Assembly (NCBI GenBank): GCA_026393855.1
Contig: JAPKZJ010000071.1
Location: 12,567 to 76,566, forward strand
Length of the DNA stretch: 64,000 bases
DNA from: Candidatus Aminicenantes bacterium
GTDB lineage: Bacteria > Acidobacteriota > Aminicenantia > Aminicenantales > UBA4085
Direction of reading: 5' to 3'
This document shows, piece after piece, positions 48,224-59,921 of this stretch (position 1 is its first letter; each line of letters opens with the position of its first letter). The position numbers and the translations under genes are program-made. The notes under the pieces were generated by a model. It saw only the letters and a list, made by a program, of their open reading frames with translations, was not told the DNA's origin and ran no database searches.

Positions 48224-50236
48224 ATGACCAGCTTGAACCGCCGCGAATTCCTGACCCATATGACGGCCGGCGCGGTCGCCTTGGCGGCGCCCGGGCTGCC
48301 GGCCAAGGCCTCGGCCGGTGTTGCGGCCGATTTATCGGCCCCGGTTCCCTCGGGTCTGTCCGAACCCAAGTTCCGTCCGCTCCCCCTGGGCTCGATCCGG
48401 GCCCTCGGTTGGCTCGAACGCCAATTGCGCATCCAGGCCGACGGCTTGAGCGGCCATCTGGACGAATTCTGGCCCGATGTCCAACGCAGCAAATGGTTCG
48501 GGGGCGAGGCCGAAGGCTGGGAGCGCGCCCCTTATTGGATGGACGGCTTCATCCCTCTGGCCTGGAGCCTGGACGATCCAGGACTCAAAGCCAAAGCCTC
48601 GCGCCATATCGAGGAGATCGTCGCCGGCCAGCGGGCCGATGGCTGGTTCGCTCCCTACCCGGAGGACGCCGCGGTCAAGAAATACGACCTCTGGGCCATC
48701 CTCCTGGCCAATAAGATGCTGGCCCAGTATCATGACGCCACCGGCGACGACAAGGTCTTGCGGGCCGTCGAACGCAGCCTGCGGGCGATGGCGGCCGGGC
48801 TGGACCGCACGCCGCTATACGATTGGGGCCGCTACCGCTGGTTCGAAGGCCTTGTGCCGATCTTCCACGTCTACGAGCGGACTGGGGAGAAATGGCTGCT
48901 CGACTTGGGCCGCAAGCTGCGGGCCCAAGGCTTCGACTACGAAGCCTTCTACCGGGGCGAAGATGTGACCGTGCCGACTCCGCGCCGCGGCTTGTGGAAG
49001 TGGGCCAAGCACGTCGTCAACACGGGGATGGCCCCCAAAGCCTCGGCCCTGTCCTGGCGGCTCGGACCCGATCAGGGCGACCCGGCTTTCCCAGCCCGGA
49101 TGATCGCTCTGCTCGACCGCTACCACGGACAGGTCACGGGCATGTTCACCGGCGACGAGTGCCTGGCCGGCAAGAACCCTCTCCAAGGGACCGAGCTCTG
49201 CGCCGTGGTCGAGTTCATGTACTCACTTGAAGTCCTGCTCTCCGTGCTCGGCGATCCTGCCTTCGGGGACCGTCTGGAGCAAGTCGCCTTCAACGCCCTG
49301 CCGGCCGCCTTCACGCCGGACATGTGGGCTCACCAGTACGACCAGCAGGTCAATCAAATCCAGGCCACGATCAACCCCGACCACCTCTGGACCACCAACG
49401 GACCCGAGTCCAACATCTTCGGCCTGGAGCCGAACTTCGGCTGCTGCACGGCCAACATGCACCAGGGCTGGCCCAAGTTCGCGGCGCACCTCTGGATGAG
49501 GACGCCCGACGAAGGCCTGGCCGCCGTCGCCTACGCTCCCAGCCGGGCCCGCTTCCTCTCGCGCGGCGTCCCCGTGACGGCGGAGCTTCGGACCGACTAC
49601 CCGTTCCGGGAAACACTAACCGTGTCCGTGACGGCGGAACGGCCGGCCAAGTTCCCTCTCCTTCTCCGCGTCCCGGCCTGGGCTCAGGCCCCCACCCTGC
49701 GGGTCGCGGGCGGCGCAGCGACGCCGCTCCGGCCGGGAACGTTTCACCGGCTCGATCGCGAATGGGCCGGAACGGTAGAAATCGAGCTGCGTTTCCCGAT
49801 GCGGGCCGCAACAACAATCCGGTATAACGAGTCCGTCGCTGTCGAGCGGGGACCGCTGGTATACGCGCTCAAGCTGGGCGAAGAACGGACCCGGGTCAAC
49901 GCGGACAAGCCCCAGCGCGAACTGCCCCACGGCGATTTTGAGGTCCGGCCGACGACGCCATGGAACTACGGCCTCGTGGTGGACGACAAGGACGCGGCGG
50001 TCGGGTTGACGTTCGAGGAAAAGCCCGTCGGCGAGCGGCCCTTCTCACCCCAAGGGGCGGGCATGAGCGCCCGGGTCAAAGGGCGCCGGCTCAAATCCTG
50101 GCGCCTTGACCACGGCTGGGCGGCGGAGTATCCGCCGGGAATTCACGAATCCGCAGAGCCTCTGGAAGAACTGGAGCTTCTCCCCTACGGCTGCACCAAT
50201 ATCCGGCTGACCGAATTTCCGCGCTTAAAAAAATAG
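48224..50236 (+). CDS. Tat-exported GH127/GH146-like beta-L-arabinofuranosidase family protein
   Basis: NRREFL Tat motif after GGAGG; GWERAPYW, HVVN, ELCAVVE, FGCCTANMHQGW and ERGPLVY. Confidence 0.88.
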   Translation: MTSLNRREFLTHMTAGAVALAAPGLPAKASAGVAADLSAPVPSGLSEPKFRPLPLGSIRALGWLERQLRIQADGLSGHLDEFWPDVQRSKWFGGEAEGWERAPYWMDGFIPLAWSLDDPGLKAKASRHIEEIVAGQRADGWFAPYPEDAAVKKYDLWAILLANKMLAQYHDATGDDKVLRAVERSLRAMAAGLDRTPLYDWGRYRWFEGLVPIFHVYERTGEKWLLDLGRKLRAQGFDYEAFYRGEDVTVPTPRRGLWKWAKHVVNTGMAPKASALSWRLGPDQGDPAFPARMIALLDRYHGQVTGMFTGDECLAGKNPLQGTELCAVVEFMYSLEVLLSVLGDPAFGDRLEQVAFNALPAAFTPDMWAHQYDQQVNQIQATINPDHLWTTNGPESNIFGLEPNFGCCTANMHQGWPKFAAHLWMRTPDEGLAAVAYAPSRARFLSRGVPVTAELRTDYPFRETLTVSVTAERPAKFPLLLRVPAWAQAPTLRVAGGAATPLRPGTFHRLDREWAGTVEIELRFPMRAATTIRYNESVAVERGPLVYALKLGEERTRVNADKPQRELPHGDFEVRPTTPWNYGLVVDDKDAAVGLTFEEKPVGERPFSPQGAGMSARVKGRRLKSWRLDHGWAAEYPPGIHESAEPLEELELLPYGCTNIRLTEFPRLKK

Positions 50237-50240
50237 GTTC

Positions 50241-50574
50241 TTCTCCCGTCTCCAGGAAACATCAGCGGTTCGGGGTGTCGGCCGACGGCGAAACCGCGCG
50301 GGTTCCGGCTTTTTACGCCTCTCCGCGAGGGGACCCAACGGGCGCCGAGGGCTGTTTGAGCACGCAACCGTTTAACGGAATCGAATGGGAGTGGGTGGTC
50401 TCCATGATCGGGCGATCTCGAATGCGGAGTTCCGCCCTCGCGGGGACTGTCGAAGCGACGTCCCTACGAGGACTGCGAAGCGCTGGAGGCGCCGAGCGGA
50501 TTAGCGTAAAAAGGAGTGGTGAACCCGCGCCGCCGGGACAACACCCCGGACCGCGTTTCCCGGAGTTGGGAGAA
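50241..50574 (+). repeat. Dispersed structured repeat element, copy E
   Basis: Arms TTCTCCC/GGGAGAA, GGAAAC/GTTTCC, GCGGTTCGGGGTGT/ACACCCCGGACCGC, GCGCGGGTTC/GAACCCGCGC and CTTTTTACGC/GCGTAAAAAG. Module at 50435-50485. Confidence 0.9.
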
Positions 50575-50591
50575 CAACTAAAAAAAAAGAC

Positions 50592-51617
50592 TCAGAGCCG
50601 AATAGCCAGCCCTGCCGTCAGCTGAAACCCGGACAGCTCGCCGTTGGCGACCGTCGTTCCGGGCGCCGTGCTGTGGCCGATGGTGCTGAAGTTGGTCGTC
50701 AGGATGGGTGCCGCGTATTTTCCCCAGGCCGTCGTGGCGTTCTCCCAGCTGATGCCCCAGGTTCCGGAGAGGGAATAATCGGTCTCCGAAGGAACGGGGC
50801 TCTCCACGACCGTATGGATGGTGTGGGGGCCGTGGATCTTGGTCAGCTTGCGGAAGGCGTAGCCGCCCCGGCCGTAGATCTCCAAGAAGGGCAGGAGCTT
50901 GATCCTGATCTGGCCGCCCAGCTCGATGGCCACGCTGTCGGCGTGGCCCGTCAGCTCCATCGTCCGGGAGCTCGCGGACGTCGTCCCCGTCTCGGTGGTG
51001 ACGCTCTCGCGGCGTTGGTTCAAGACCTGGAAATCGGCCAGGATCGGGCCGCCCTGCAAGTATATTTCGGTCCGCAGGAACTTGAGCAGATTCCAGCCGA
51101 AATGGACCCCCAATTGAGGCATCCAGGCCTTGGCCGATACGACAAAGCCGGAGTTCGTATAGTGGGCGGTGAAGGGAACGCCGGTCGGTGGATTGGCAAC
51201 CTCGACATCCAGCCCCACGTCGGAGTTCTGAACGCCCTTCAAGTATTGCAAGCCGAAGGATAGGGCGAACGTCGGGCTGACCTGATAGCGCAGGTAGGCC
51301 CCGACCGGCGTCATCGCCGTGAGAGGCAGGAACGTCTTGCCCGCCGTGTAGCGGTATTCGGGCGTATAGGCGTCGCCGTACAAGTTGTCATAATAGGCAT
51401 ACTTCTTAACGTAGTAGTGTTGGAGATAAAGATTCTCGCCATCAACCGCACGGTTGATGTTGCCGGGCGCGATCCGGCTCCAGCCCCCGGTCAATTCGAT
51501 GGTGAAATTGGAGAAACTGAAAGGATTGCCTTCCTCCTGGGCTAGGCCGGGAGACGGCCAAAGAAAAGCGGCGGCGATGACGATGAAGGCGACGGCCGCG
51601 ATGGATTTATAATGCAC
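50592..51617 (-). CDS. Exported outer-membrane beta-barrel-like protein (paralogue 1)
   Basis: GTG after AAGGAG; signal peptide; amphipathic strands; ends LSGFQLTAGLAIRL. Confidence 0.72.
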   Translation of the reverse strand: MHYKSIAAVAFIVIAAAFLWPSPGLAQEEGNPFSFSNFTIELTGGWSRIAPGNINRAVDGENLYLQHYYVKKYAYYDNLYGDAYTPEYRYTAGKTFLPLTAMTPVGAYLRYQVSPTFALSFGLQYLKGVQNSDVGLDVEVANPPTGVPFTAHYTNSGFVVSAKAWMPQLGVHFGWNLLKFLRTEIYLQGGPILADFQVLNQRRESVTTETGTTSASSRTMELTGHADSVAIELGGQIRIKLLPFLEIYGRGGYAFRKLTKIHGPHTIHTVVESPVPSETDYSLSGTWGISWENATTAWGKYAAPILTTNFSTIGHSTAPGTTVANGELSGFQLTAGLAIRL

Positions 51618-51741
51618 GATTGGCTCCTTGGCCGATCCGCCCGCCTCGGCGGCCGGCGGACGCACTCGGCGGCGGAATTATGAAGCGGGATTGTAACGCG
51701 TTCCGGGAAACCGGGTCAACCGCAAAAGAACGGGGAGGATT

Positions 51742-52746
51742 TTAAAGCCGGATCGAGATTCCCGCCGTCATTTGAAAGCCGGACAGGTCGACGTTGGCGG
51801 ATGCCGTACCGAACATGCCGGAGTCAAAGGACCAAGCCTGGGTCCCATATTCGGTCGTCAGGGTAGGAGACGCATAGGCGCCCCAGGGGGTGTCGGCTTT
51901 CTCCCAAGTCCGGCCCCATATTCCTGTCAGCGAGTACAGCGTATCGGAAGGCACGGGGCTCTCCGCCACGGTCCGGATGGTTCGCGGGCCTCGGATTTTG
52001 GCCAGCTTGCGGAAGGCATAGCCGCCTTGTCCGTAGACTTCCAGAAAAGGCAGCAACTTGAACCGGACCTGGCCGCCCAGCTCGATGGCGACACTGGTGG
52101 AACGGCCCGTCATCTCCAGCGTCCGATAGCCGGACGCCGTCGTACATTCCGCGGCGGTCAGGCTCTCGCGACGCTGGCTCCAAATCCGGCAATCGCCCAG
52201 TATCGGGCCACCCAGTAAATAAATCTCCGTCCGCAAGGCCTTGAGCAGATCCCATCCGAAATGGGCCCCCAGTTGGGGCATCCAGGCCTTGACCGACTGG
52301 AGGAATCCCTGGTTCCGATAATGGGCGGTAAAGGGGATTCCGGCCGGGTCATTGCCGACTTCCACATCCAGCCCGACATCCGAAGTCCGCTCGCCGCGCA
52401 GATACTGCACGCCCAGAGACAGGGCAAAGGTAGGACTGACCTGGTAGCGAATGGAGGCGCCGATCGGTGTGACCGCTTCCAGCGGCAGGAAAGCCTTGCC
52501 GGCCGTATATCGATATACGGGCGCATAAGCGGCGTATTTTTTGAGGAAATAATGATCGAGGTAGAGATTCTCGTTCTGGGCAGCCGTTTTTAAATCGCCG
52601 AGTCCGGACCCGGCCCAGCCCCCCGCGAATTCGATCCGGAAGTTGGACCAGCGGAACGCATAGCCCTGCTCCTGGGCCCGGGCCAAAGAGGGCAAGAGAA
52701 CCGCCAGGGAAAGGCAGGCGATGATCCAGGCGCGACGACGGCTCAT
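51742..52746 (-). CDS. Exported outer-membrane beta-barrel-like protein (paralogue 2)
   Basis: Signal peptide; collinear with paralogue 1 (RYQVSPTFALS, KAWMPQLG, SVAIELGGQ); ends LSGFQMTAGISIRL. Confidence 0.72.
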   Translation of the reverse strand: MSRRRAWIIACLSLAVLLPSLARAQEQGYAFRWSNFRIEFAGGWAGSGLGDLKTAAQNENLYLDHYFLKKYAAYAPVYRYTAGKAFLPLEAVTPIGASIRYQVSPTFALSLGVQYLRGERTSDVGLDVEVGNDPAGIPFTAHYRNQGFLQSVKAWMPQLGAHFGWDLLKALRTEIYLLGGPILGDCRIWSQRRESLTAAECTTASGYRTLEMTGRSTSVAIELGGQVRFKLLPFLEVYGQGGYAFRKLAKIRGPRTIRTVAESPVPSDTLYSLTGIWGRTWEKADTPWGAYASPTLTTEYGTQAWSFDSGMFGTASANVDLSGFQMTAGISIRL

Positions 52747-52813
52747 GGCAGTCCCCTTCAACCCCTTTAACGTCGGAACTTGCCGGAATTGTAACAAGAG
52801 CCGGAATTCTTTG

Positions 52814-53902
52814 TCAAACGGAGGGCGCGTCTGCGCCGCCCGGCAGGGGCAGGGCGACGAAGAAAGCGGCCCAGGCGCCGGGCTCGCTTTCGGCCCAGAT
52901 CCGCCCCTTGTGCTTCTCGACGATCGTGCGGCAGATGTAGAGCCCCAGGCCCGAGCCCTTGACGCCCTCGGTCCCCCGCTGTTTCAGGCGCTCGAAACGC
53001 TTGAACAAGCGGTTCCGGATGTCCTCGGGAGCGATCCCGACACCCTCGTTGCGGACGGACAGGACGATCTCGCCGCTCCGCCGCTCCAGCCCGATCCGGA
53101 CGGGCGTCTCGTCGCGGCCGTATTTCACGGCGTTGTTGACCAGGTTGCGGACGACGATCCGGAGAAGCTGGGGGTCCCCATGGATGGGCGGATCATCCGT
53201 GATCTCGGTCAGGATCGGCATCCGCCGCAGGTTGTCCCGGACCTCGGGCACCTCGACCACTTCCCGAATGACGTCGGCACCCAGCCGGATGTCCTTCTGG
53301 AAGGATTCGAGCCCGTCGATCTCCATCTTCGACAGATCGATGTACGAGCGGATGACGTCCTCCAGGTATTCGCAATTGCGGAGGATCGTCTCGACGATCT
53401 TGCGCTGGCCCGGCTCGAGTTTGCCGAAGTAGCCGCGGTAGAGGGTGTCAGCCGTAGTCTGGACGGTGGCCAGGGGGCTCTTGAGCTCATGCGAGACGAT
53501 AGCCATAAGGTCGAGCATGCGGGCCGGCCCCTTTTCGCGGCGCGCCCGGAAGGCATTGCGGACAACGTCCTTGATCTCCTCGGGCGTGAAGGGCTTGGGG
53601 ATGTAGTCGAAGGCGCCGTTCTTGAGCGCCTCGCGGGCCGTCTCGACGTTGGCGTAGCCGGTAAAAACGATGACGATGGTTTCCGGCCGCTCCTTGCGCA
53701 GGGCCTTGAGAACGTCGATGCCGCCCAAGCCGGGCATCTTAAGGTCGGTGACGACGACGTCGTAGTCGCGGCGGCGGGCCTTGTCCAGCCCCTCTTCGCC
53801 GGAGGTGGCGGTGTCGATCTCGATATCCTCGCGGGCGAAGATCCTGCGGCAGGACCGCAGGACGATGTCCTCGTCGTCGATGAACAGGATCGTGTCGGGC
53901 AT
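52814..53902 (-). CDS. Hybrid receiver-histidine kinase (REC-HisKA-HATPase)
   Basis: ILFIDDE, TDLKMP and YIPKPF; SHELKSPL, NLVNNAVKY and GSGLGL. Confidence 0.9.
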   Translation of the reverse strand: MPDTILFIDDEDIVLRSCRRIFAREDIEIDTATSGEEGLDKARRRDYDVVVTDLKMPGLGGIDVLKALRKERPETIVIVFTGYANVETAREALKNGAFDYIPKPFTPEEIKDVVRNAFRARREKGPARMLDLMAIVSHELKSPLATVQTTADTLYRGYFGKLEPGQRKIVETILRNCEYLEDVIRSYIDLSKMEIDGLESFQKDIRLGADVIREVVEVPEVRDNLRRMPILTEITDDPPIHGDPQLLRIVVRNLVNNAVKYGRDETPVRIGLERRSGEIVLSVRNEGVGIAPEDIRNRLFKRFERLKQRGTEGVKGSGLGLYICRTIVEKHKGRIWAESEPGAWAAFFVALPLPGGADAPSV

Positions 53903-53921
53903 GTCCCTTTTTCCCTTCGGT

Positions 53922-55840
<1,919 letters not shown>

Positions 55841-55844
<4 letters not shown>

Positions 55845-56245
55845 GGCAGGAGCCGGGCGATCACGGCCAAGAGCTCGTCGACATCGACGGGCTTGGTCAG
55901 GAAGGCCTCCACCCCAGGCAGGAAGTTGTCGGCCGGGTCGAGGCTGAAGCGCGAGTTCGTGACCTGGCCGATGGCGGTCAGGATGACGAGCGGGAGGTCC
56001 CGGACCTCGGCGTAGCGGGATCCGGGCCGCGGGTTGCGGATCTGGTCCGCAACCTCGAACCCGGCCGTGTCGGTCTCCATCATCACGTCCAGGATGACCA
56101 GGTCGGGCCGTTCGGCGAGGACGGCCCGCAAGCCGTCGGCGCCGCGATAGGCCGCCGCAACCTCGTAGCCTCGGACCCGCAGAACTTGGGACAGGCTTTC
56201 CACCAGGTCGCGGTCGTCGTCAACGATGAGAATCTTCTTGGCCAT
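55841..56245 (-). CDS. Single-domain response regulator
   Basis: ILIVDDD, PDLVILDVMM, ILTA and FLTKP. Confidence 0.9.
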
Positions 56246-56253
56246 GGCCGCCC

Positions 56254-56784
56254 TCAATCCTTCAACAGCTTATAGATCGCGTTGCGATCTTCCCAGGCCT
56301 TGGTCCGCAGGGCGGCGTCGATCGGGAACTCGACCTGCTTCAGCTCGACCGGGGCCGACTTCTGGTCGACCAGGCCGAGGGCCAGGGCGACGCCGTAGAG
56401 AATGGCCTCGGGGCGCGGCGGGCAGCCCGGGATGTAATAGTCCACCGGGACGGCCGTGGCACCGCCGCCCGTGACGTGGTAGGTATCGAACCAGCAGCCG
56501 CCGCCGACGGCGCAGGATCCCACGCCGAAGACGAGCTTGGGAGCCGGCATGGCCTCGAAGGCCCGCTTGACGAGGGGGAAGGTCGGCCGGGTCACGGCGC
56601 CCGAGAGGAGCATGACGTCGGCGTGGCGGGGCGAGCCGACCAATTTGATCCCGAACCGCTCCACATCGTAGAACGGCGTCAGGATATTGAGGATCTCGAT
56701 GTCGCAGCCGTTGCAGGCGCCGCTGTTGCAGTGGTAGACCCAGAGGGATTTGGGAAATGCCTTTTTGGCCAGCTTGGTCAGCAT
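56254..56784 (-). CDS. Group 4 [NiFe]-hydrogenase small subunit (HycG/NuoB-like)
   Basis: GACNGCDIE, GSPRHAD, GSCAVGGG and IPGCPPRP. Confidence 0.92.
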   Translation of the reverse strand: MLTKLAKKAFPKSLWVYHCNSGACNGCDIEILNILTPFYDVERFGIKLVGSPRHADVMLLSGAVTRPTFPLVKRAFEAMPAPKLVFGVGSCAVGGGCWFDTYHVTGGGATAVPVDYYIPGCPPRPEAILYGVALALGLVDQKSAPVELKQVEFPIDAALRTKAWEDRNAIYKLLKD

Positions 56785-56785
56785 G

Positions 56786-57331
56786 TCACTCCTCCATCCG
56801 GGCCGGCCGCTCGACCCGTTCAGTCGCCGCCAGGGCGGCCGGATCGAAGCGGTCGGTCGTCCGGCGCAGGACCGTCCGCGCCTCGAGGCTGTCGTAGCGG
56901 TAGCCGCGCAGCCCCAGCTTATCCACGGCGTTGCGGATTTCCATGTCGTAGCAGCGCCCGCAGCGGTTGCAGGTGAGCATGAACAGCTCCAGGTTCTGGG
57001 TGATATCGGCCCGGTTCCCGGTAGCCAGCTCGAAATCGGAGGTCATGACGATGGCCTTTTCCGGGCACAGCTCGGCACAGCGGCCGCAGTAGGTGCAGCG
57101 CGAGCCGTCGTAGAGCAAAATCCGGATCTCGGGGCAGACATCCCGCACCAAGATGGTTCGGGCCGGGCAATGATCGGCGCAGCCGCCGCAGCCCAGGCAT
57201 TTGGTATGGTCCCAGGCGGGCTGGCCGCGAAAGTCCTTGGGCACAGGCCGTACCACCTTGGGATAGGCCAGGGTCACCCGGCCCGGCTTGAGAGCCAGGA
57301 CGATCTGTTTGAGCTTGCTGGCGAGCCACAT
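56786..57331 (-). CDS. 2x[4Fe-4S] subunit (HycF/NuoI-like)
   Basis: TLAYP...FRG; CLGCGGCADHCP and CTYCGRCAELCP; extra CNRCGRC. Confidence 0.9.
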   Translation of the reverse strand: MWLASKLKQIVLALKPGRVTLAYPKVVRPVPKDFRGQPAWDHTKCLGCGGCADHCPARTILVRDVCPEIRILLYDGSRCTYCGRCAELCPEKAIVMTSDFELATGNRADITQNLELFMLTCNRCGRCYDMEIRNAVDKLGLRGYRYDSLEARTVLRRTTDRFDPAALAATERVERPARMEE

Positions 57332-57333
57332 GA

Positions 57334-58236
57334 TTACCATCCCTTAACGGCCAGGCCGACGGCGGCCAAAGCCCAGACGATGAGGACGGCATAATAGCGG
57401 ACGGCCTGGTCGATCCGCAGGCGCGGGTTGGTGGCTCCGACCAGGCCGATGCCGGCGAAGAGGACCACCATGGCCAGGAGCTGCAGAACCAGGTCGAGCG
57501 GATAGATGCCGGTCCGCAGGACCGGAACGAAGGCCGAGACGAAGAGCCAAGCATAGAACATTCTCTTCATCATGGCCGCATACTTGAACAAGGCGAGGTT
57601 CGGCCCGCTGTACTCGATCATCGGGCCCTCGAGAAGCTCCACTTCGGCTTCGGCGATGTCGAAGGGCTGGCGGGCGACGAAGGCCTGCAGGGCCAGAAGA
57701 TAGACGGCCAGCATCAGCACGGACGACAGGCCGAAGCCCGCGCCCGCCGCGGACGGCATGGCCGCCGCCAGGGTCAGGGTCTTGAGCTTGACGGCGCCGA
57801 GGACAAGGGTCATGGCCAGGACCGGCTCGACCATGATCATGGTCACCATCTCCCGGCTGGCTCCGATCATCCCGAAAGTGTTCCGGCCGGCCAGGGCGCC
57901 CATCAGAACGGCGACGCCACCCAGGGTCAACAGGTAGACGACCAGGATGCCGTCCATCCGGCCGGCCAAGGCGTTCATCCGGAAGCCGAACGGCACGGCG
58001 GCAACGACGACCAGAATGGCGGCGAACGCCAGGAGCGGCGCCAGCCGGAAGGGCCAGGTGCCGGCCGAGTTCAGGCTCTCCTTGCCCAGCAGCTTGAATA
58101 AGTCGTAGTAGGGCTGGACGAGCGGCGGGCCCTGGCGCGACTGGATGCGGGCCGTGAGCTTGCGCAGCAGGCCCTCGAAGAGGGGCGCCAGGAGGAGGAA
58201 GATCAGGATGTTGATCAGGGGTAGGAAGTATCGCAT
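57334..58236 (-). CDS. Membrane subunit (HycD/NuoH-like)
   Basis: RKLTARIQSRQGPP..QPYYDLFKL, GASRE and PFDIAEAE.EL.EG. Confidence 0.92.
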   Translation of the reverse strand: MRYFLPLINILIFLLLAPLFEGLLRKLTARIQSRQGPPLVQPYYDLFKLLGKESLNSAGTWPFRLAPLLAFAAILVVVAAVPFGFRMNALAGRMDGILVVYLLTLGGVAVLMGALAGRNTFGMIGASREMVTMIMVEPVLAMTLVLGAVKLKTLTLAAAMPSAAGAGFGLSSVLMLAVYLLALQAFVARQPFDIAEAEVELLEGPMIEYSGPNLALFKYAAMMKRMFYAWLFVSAFVPVLRTGIYPLDLVLQLLAMVVLFAGIGLVGATNPRLRIDQAVRYYAVLIVWALAAVGLAVKGW

Positions 58237-58246
58237 CGCTGACTCC

Positions 58247-59917
58247 TCACATCCGCCCGGCCCGCGACAGGGCCGTCAGCTCGGGCCGTCCCAAGACGCG
58301 GCGGCGGCCCGTCCCCTGTTCCACGACGACCGCCCGATCCGTGCAGGAGAAGCAGGGATCGATGCTGCCGACGATGATCGGGAAGTCGGCGAACTGGTTG
58401 TCGAGAAGCATCCGCGGGACGCCTTGCAGGTTATTGTAAGTCGGGGCTCGGACGCGCCAGCGCTCGGGCCGGTTCTCTTCCCCGGTGATGACATAGTGAA
58501 CCGACTCGCCGCGCGGCGCCTCGACCATGGACAGGCCGTGGCGGTAGGCGGGAAGCGCCTCGAGCGGCTCGGCCAGGATCGGCCCGGCCGGCATCTTGTC
58601 CAAGGCCTGGCGCATGATCTTGACGGACTCGAAAACCTCCAGGAGGCGGACGAGGACGGTGCCCCAGACGTCGCACGAATCGGCCGTCGGGACGTCGAAG
58701 GCCAGCTCGTCATAGGCCGCGTAGGGATGGTCGCGGCGGGCGTCGATGTCGATGCCCCGGGCCCGGGCCACCGGCCCAAGCAGACCCCAGAGGACGGCCT
58801 CGGCCTTGGGCATGTGGCCGACGCCCTTGGTCCGTTTATGGATGGACGAGTCCTTCAGGACGGCGGCCTTGAGGCCCAGGACCTCGGTCTCGACCGTCTT
58901 GAGGACCGACCGGATATCCGCGGCCGTCTCCGGCGAGATGTCCCGCCGGACGCCGCCCAGGACGACCATGCCGTAGGTCTTGCGGTTGCCCGTGATCCGC
59001 TCGGACAGCCACATGACCGGCTCGCGGACACGCCAGGCGTGCATGAAGATGGTGTCGAAGCCGATCAGGTGGCCGGCGACACCGAGCCAGAGAAGATGGG
59101 AGTGGATCCGCTCCAGCTCCAGCATCAGAACCCGGATAAACTCGGCCCGGCGCGGCACCGGCAGCCCGGCCGCCTCCTCCACCGCCTGGGCGTAAGCCGT
59201 GGCGTGGACCGAGCCGCAGATGCCGCAAATCCGTTCGGCCACGAAAGGGATCTCGTTGTAGCTGACTTGCGTCTGGCACAACTTCTCGATCCCGCGGTGA
59301 GTCATGAACCCGCGGTAGTCGCAGCCCTTGATCGTCTCGCCGTCCACATAGACGGCGAAATGGGCCGGCTCGTGCAGGCTGGTATGGAACGGACCGACCG
59401 GGACCGTCGTCGTCCCGGGAGGGGCCTCGTCCAGCTCATAGGCGACATCCTCGGCCGAAGGCGGAACGAGGTTGTACGGCACGTCTTTGCGCAAAGGGTA
59501 GATCCCGTCCGGCCAGTCGTCGGCGAGGATGAGCTTCTTGGGCTTGGGATGGCCGGGGAATCGGAAGCCGAGCAGGTCCCTGTACTCGCGCTCGGTCCAG
59601 CCCGCCGCCGGGATATCGGGGGTGATCGAGGGGAATTCGGGGGCTTCGGCCGGGGCCGAGGAACAGACGGCGACCGCGAACCCGTCTCTGTCGAAGGCGA
59701 ACAGATGGATGATGCCGAAGCCTGCGCCGCGGGCCCGATCGTCGGTGCCGACGCCGACTTGATAGCGGCCGCCTTCCGCGATCAGTCGACGGGCGATCTC
59801 GGGCAAGCGAGCCCGGTCGATGTCGACGAGCAGGCGCTTGGGGGCGGCGGGATCGGGACCGGCGAGAGCGGCGCCGAACTCGGCCTGAAGTGTGCAGAGA
59901 AGCGTCTCTTGAGTCAT
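58247..59917 (-). CDS. Group 4 [NiFe]-hydrogenase large subunit (HycE-like, NuoC+NuoD fused)
   Basis: L1 motif ERICGICG and L2 motif DPCFSCTDR with a C-terminal extension; N-terminal NuoC-like ERE..DL.G..F.GHP. Confidence 0.93.
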   Translation of the reverse strand: MTQETLLCTLQAEFGAALAGPDPAAPKRLLVDIDRARLPEIARRLIAEGGRYQVGVGTDDRARGAGFGIIHLFAFDRDGFAVAVCSSAPAEAPEFPSITPDIPAAGWTEREYRDLLGFRFPGHPKPKKLILADDWPDGIYPLRKDVPYNLVPPSAEDVAYELDEAPPGTTTVPVGPFHTSLHEPAHFAVYVDGETIKGCDYRGFMTHRGIEKLCQTQVSYNEIPFVAERICGICGSVHATAYAQAVEEAAGLPVPRRAEFIRVLMLELERIHSHLLWLGVAGHLIGFDTIFMHAWRVREPVMWLSERITGNRKTYGMVVLGGVRRDISPETAADIRSVLKTVETEVLGLKAAVLKDSSIHKRTKGVGHMPKAEAVLWGLLGPVARARGIDIDARRDHPYAAYDELAFDVPTADSCDVWGTVLVRLLEVFESVKIMRQALDKMPAGPILAEPLEALPAYRHGLSMVEAPRGESVHYVITGEENRPERWRVRAPTYNNLQGVPRMLLDNQFADFPIIVGSIDPCFSCTDRAVVVEQGTGRRRVLGRPELTALSRAGRM

Positions 59918-59921
59918 AGGC

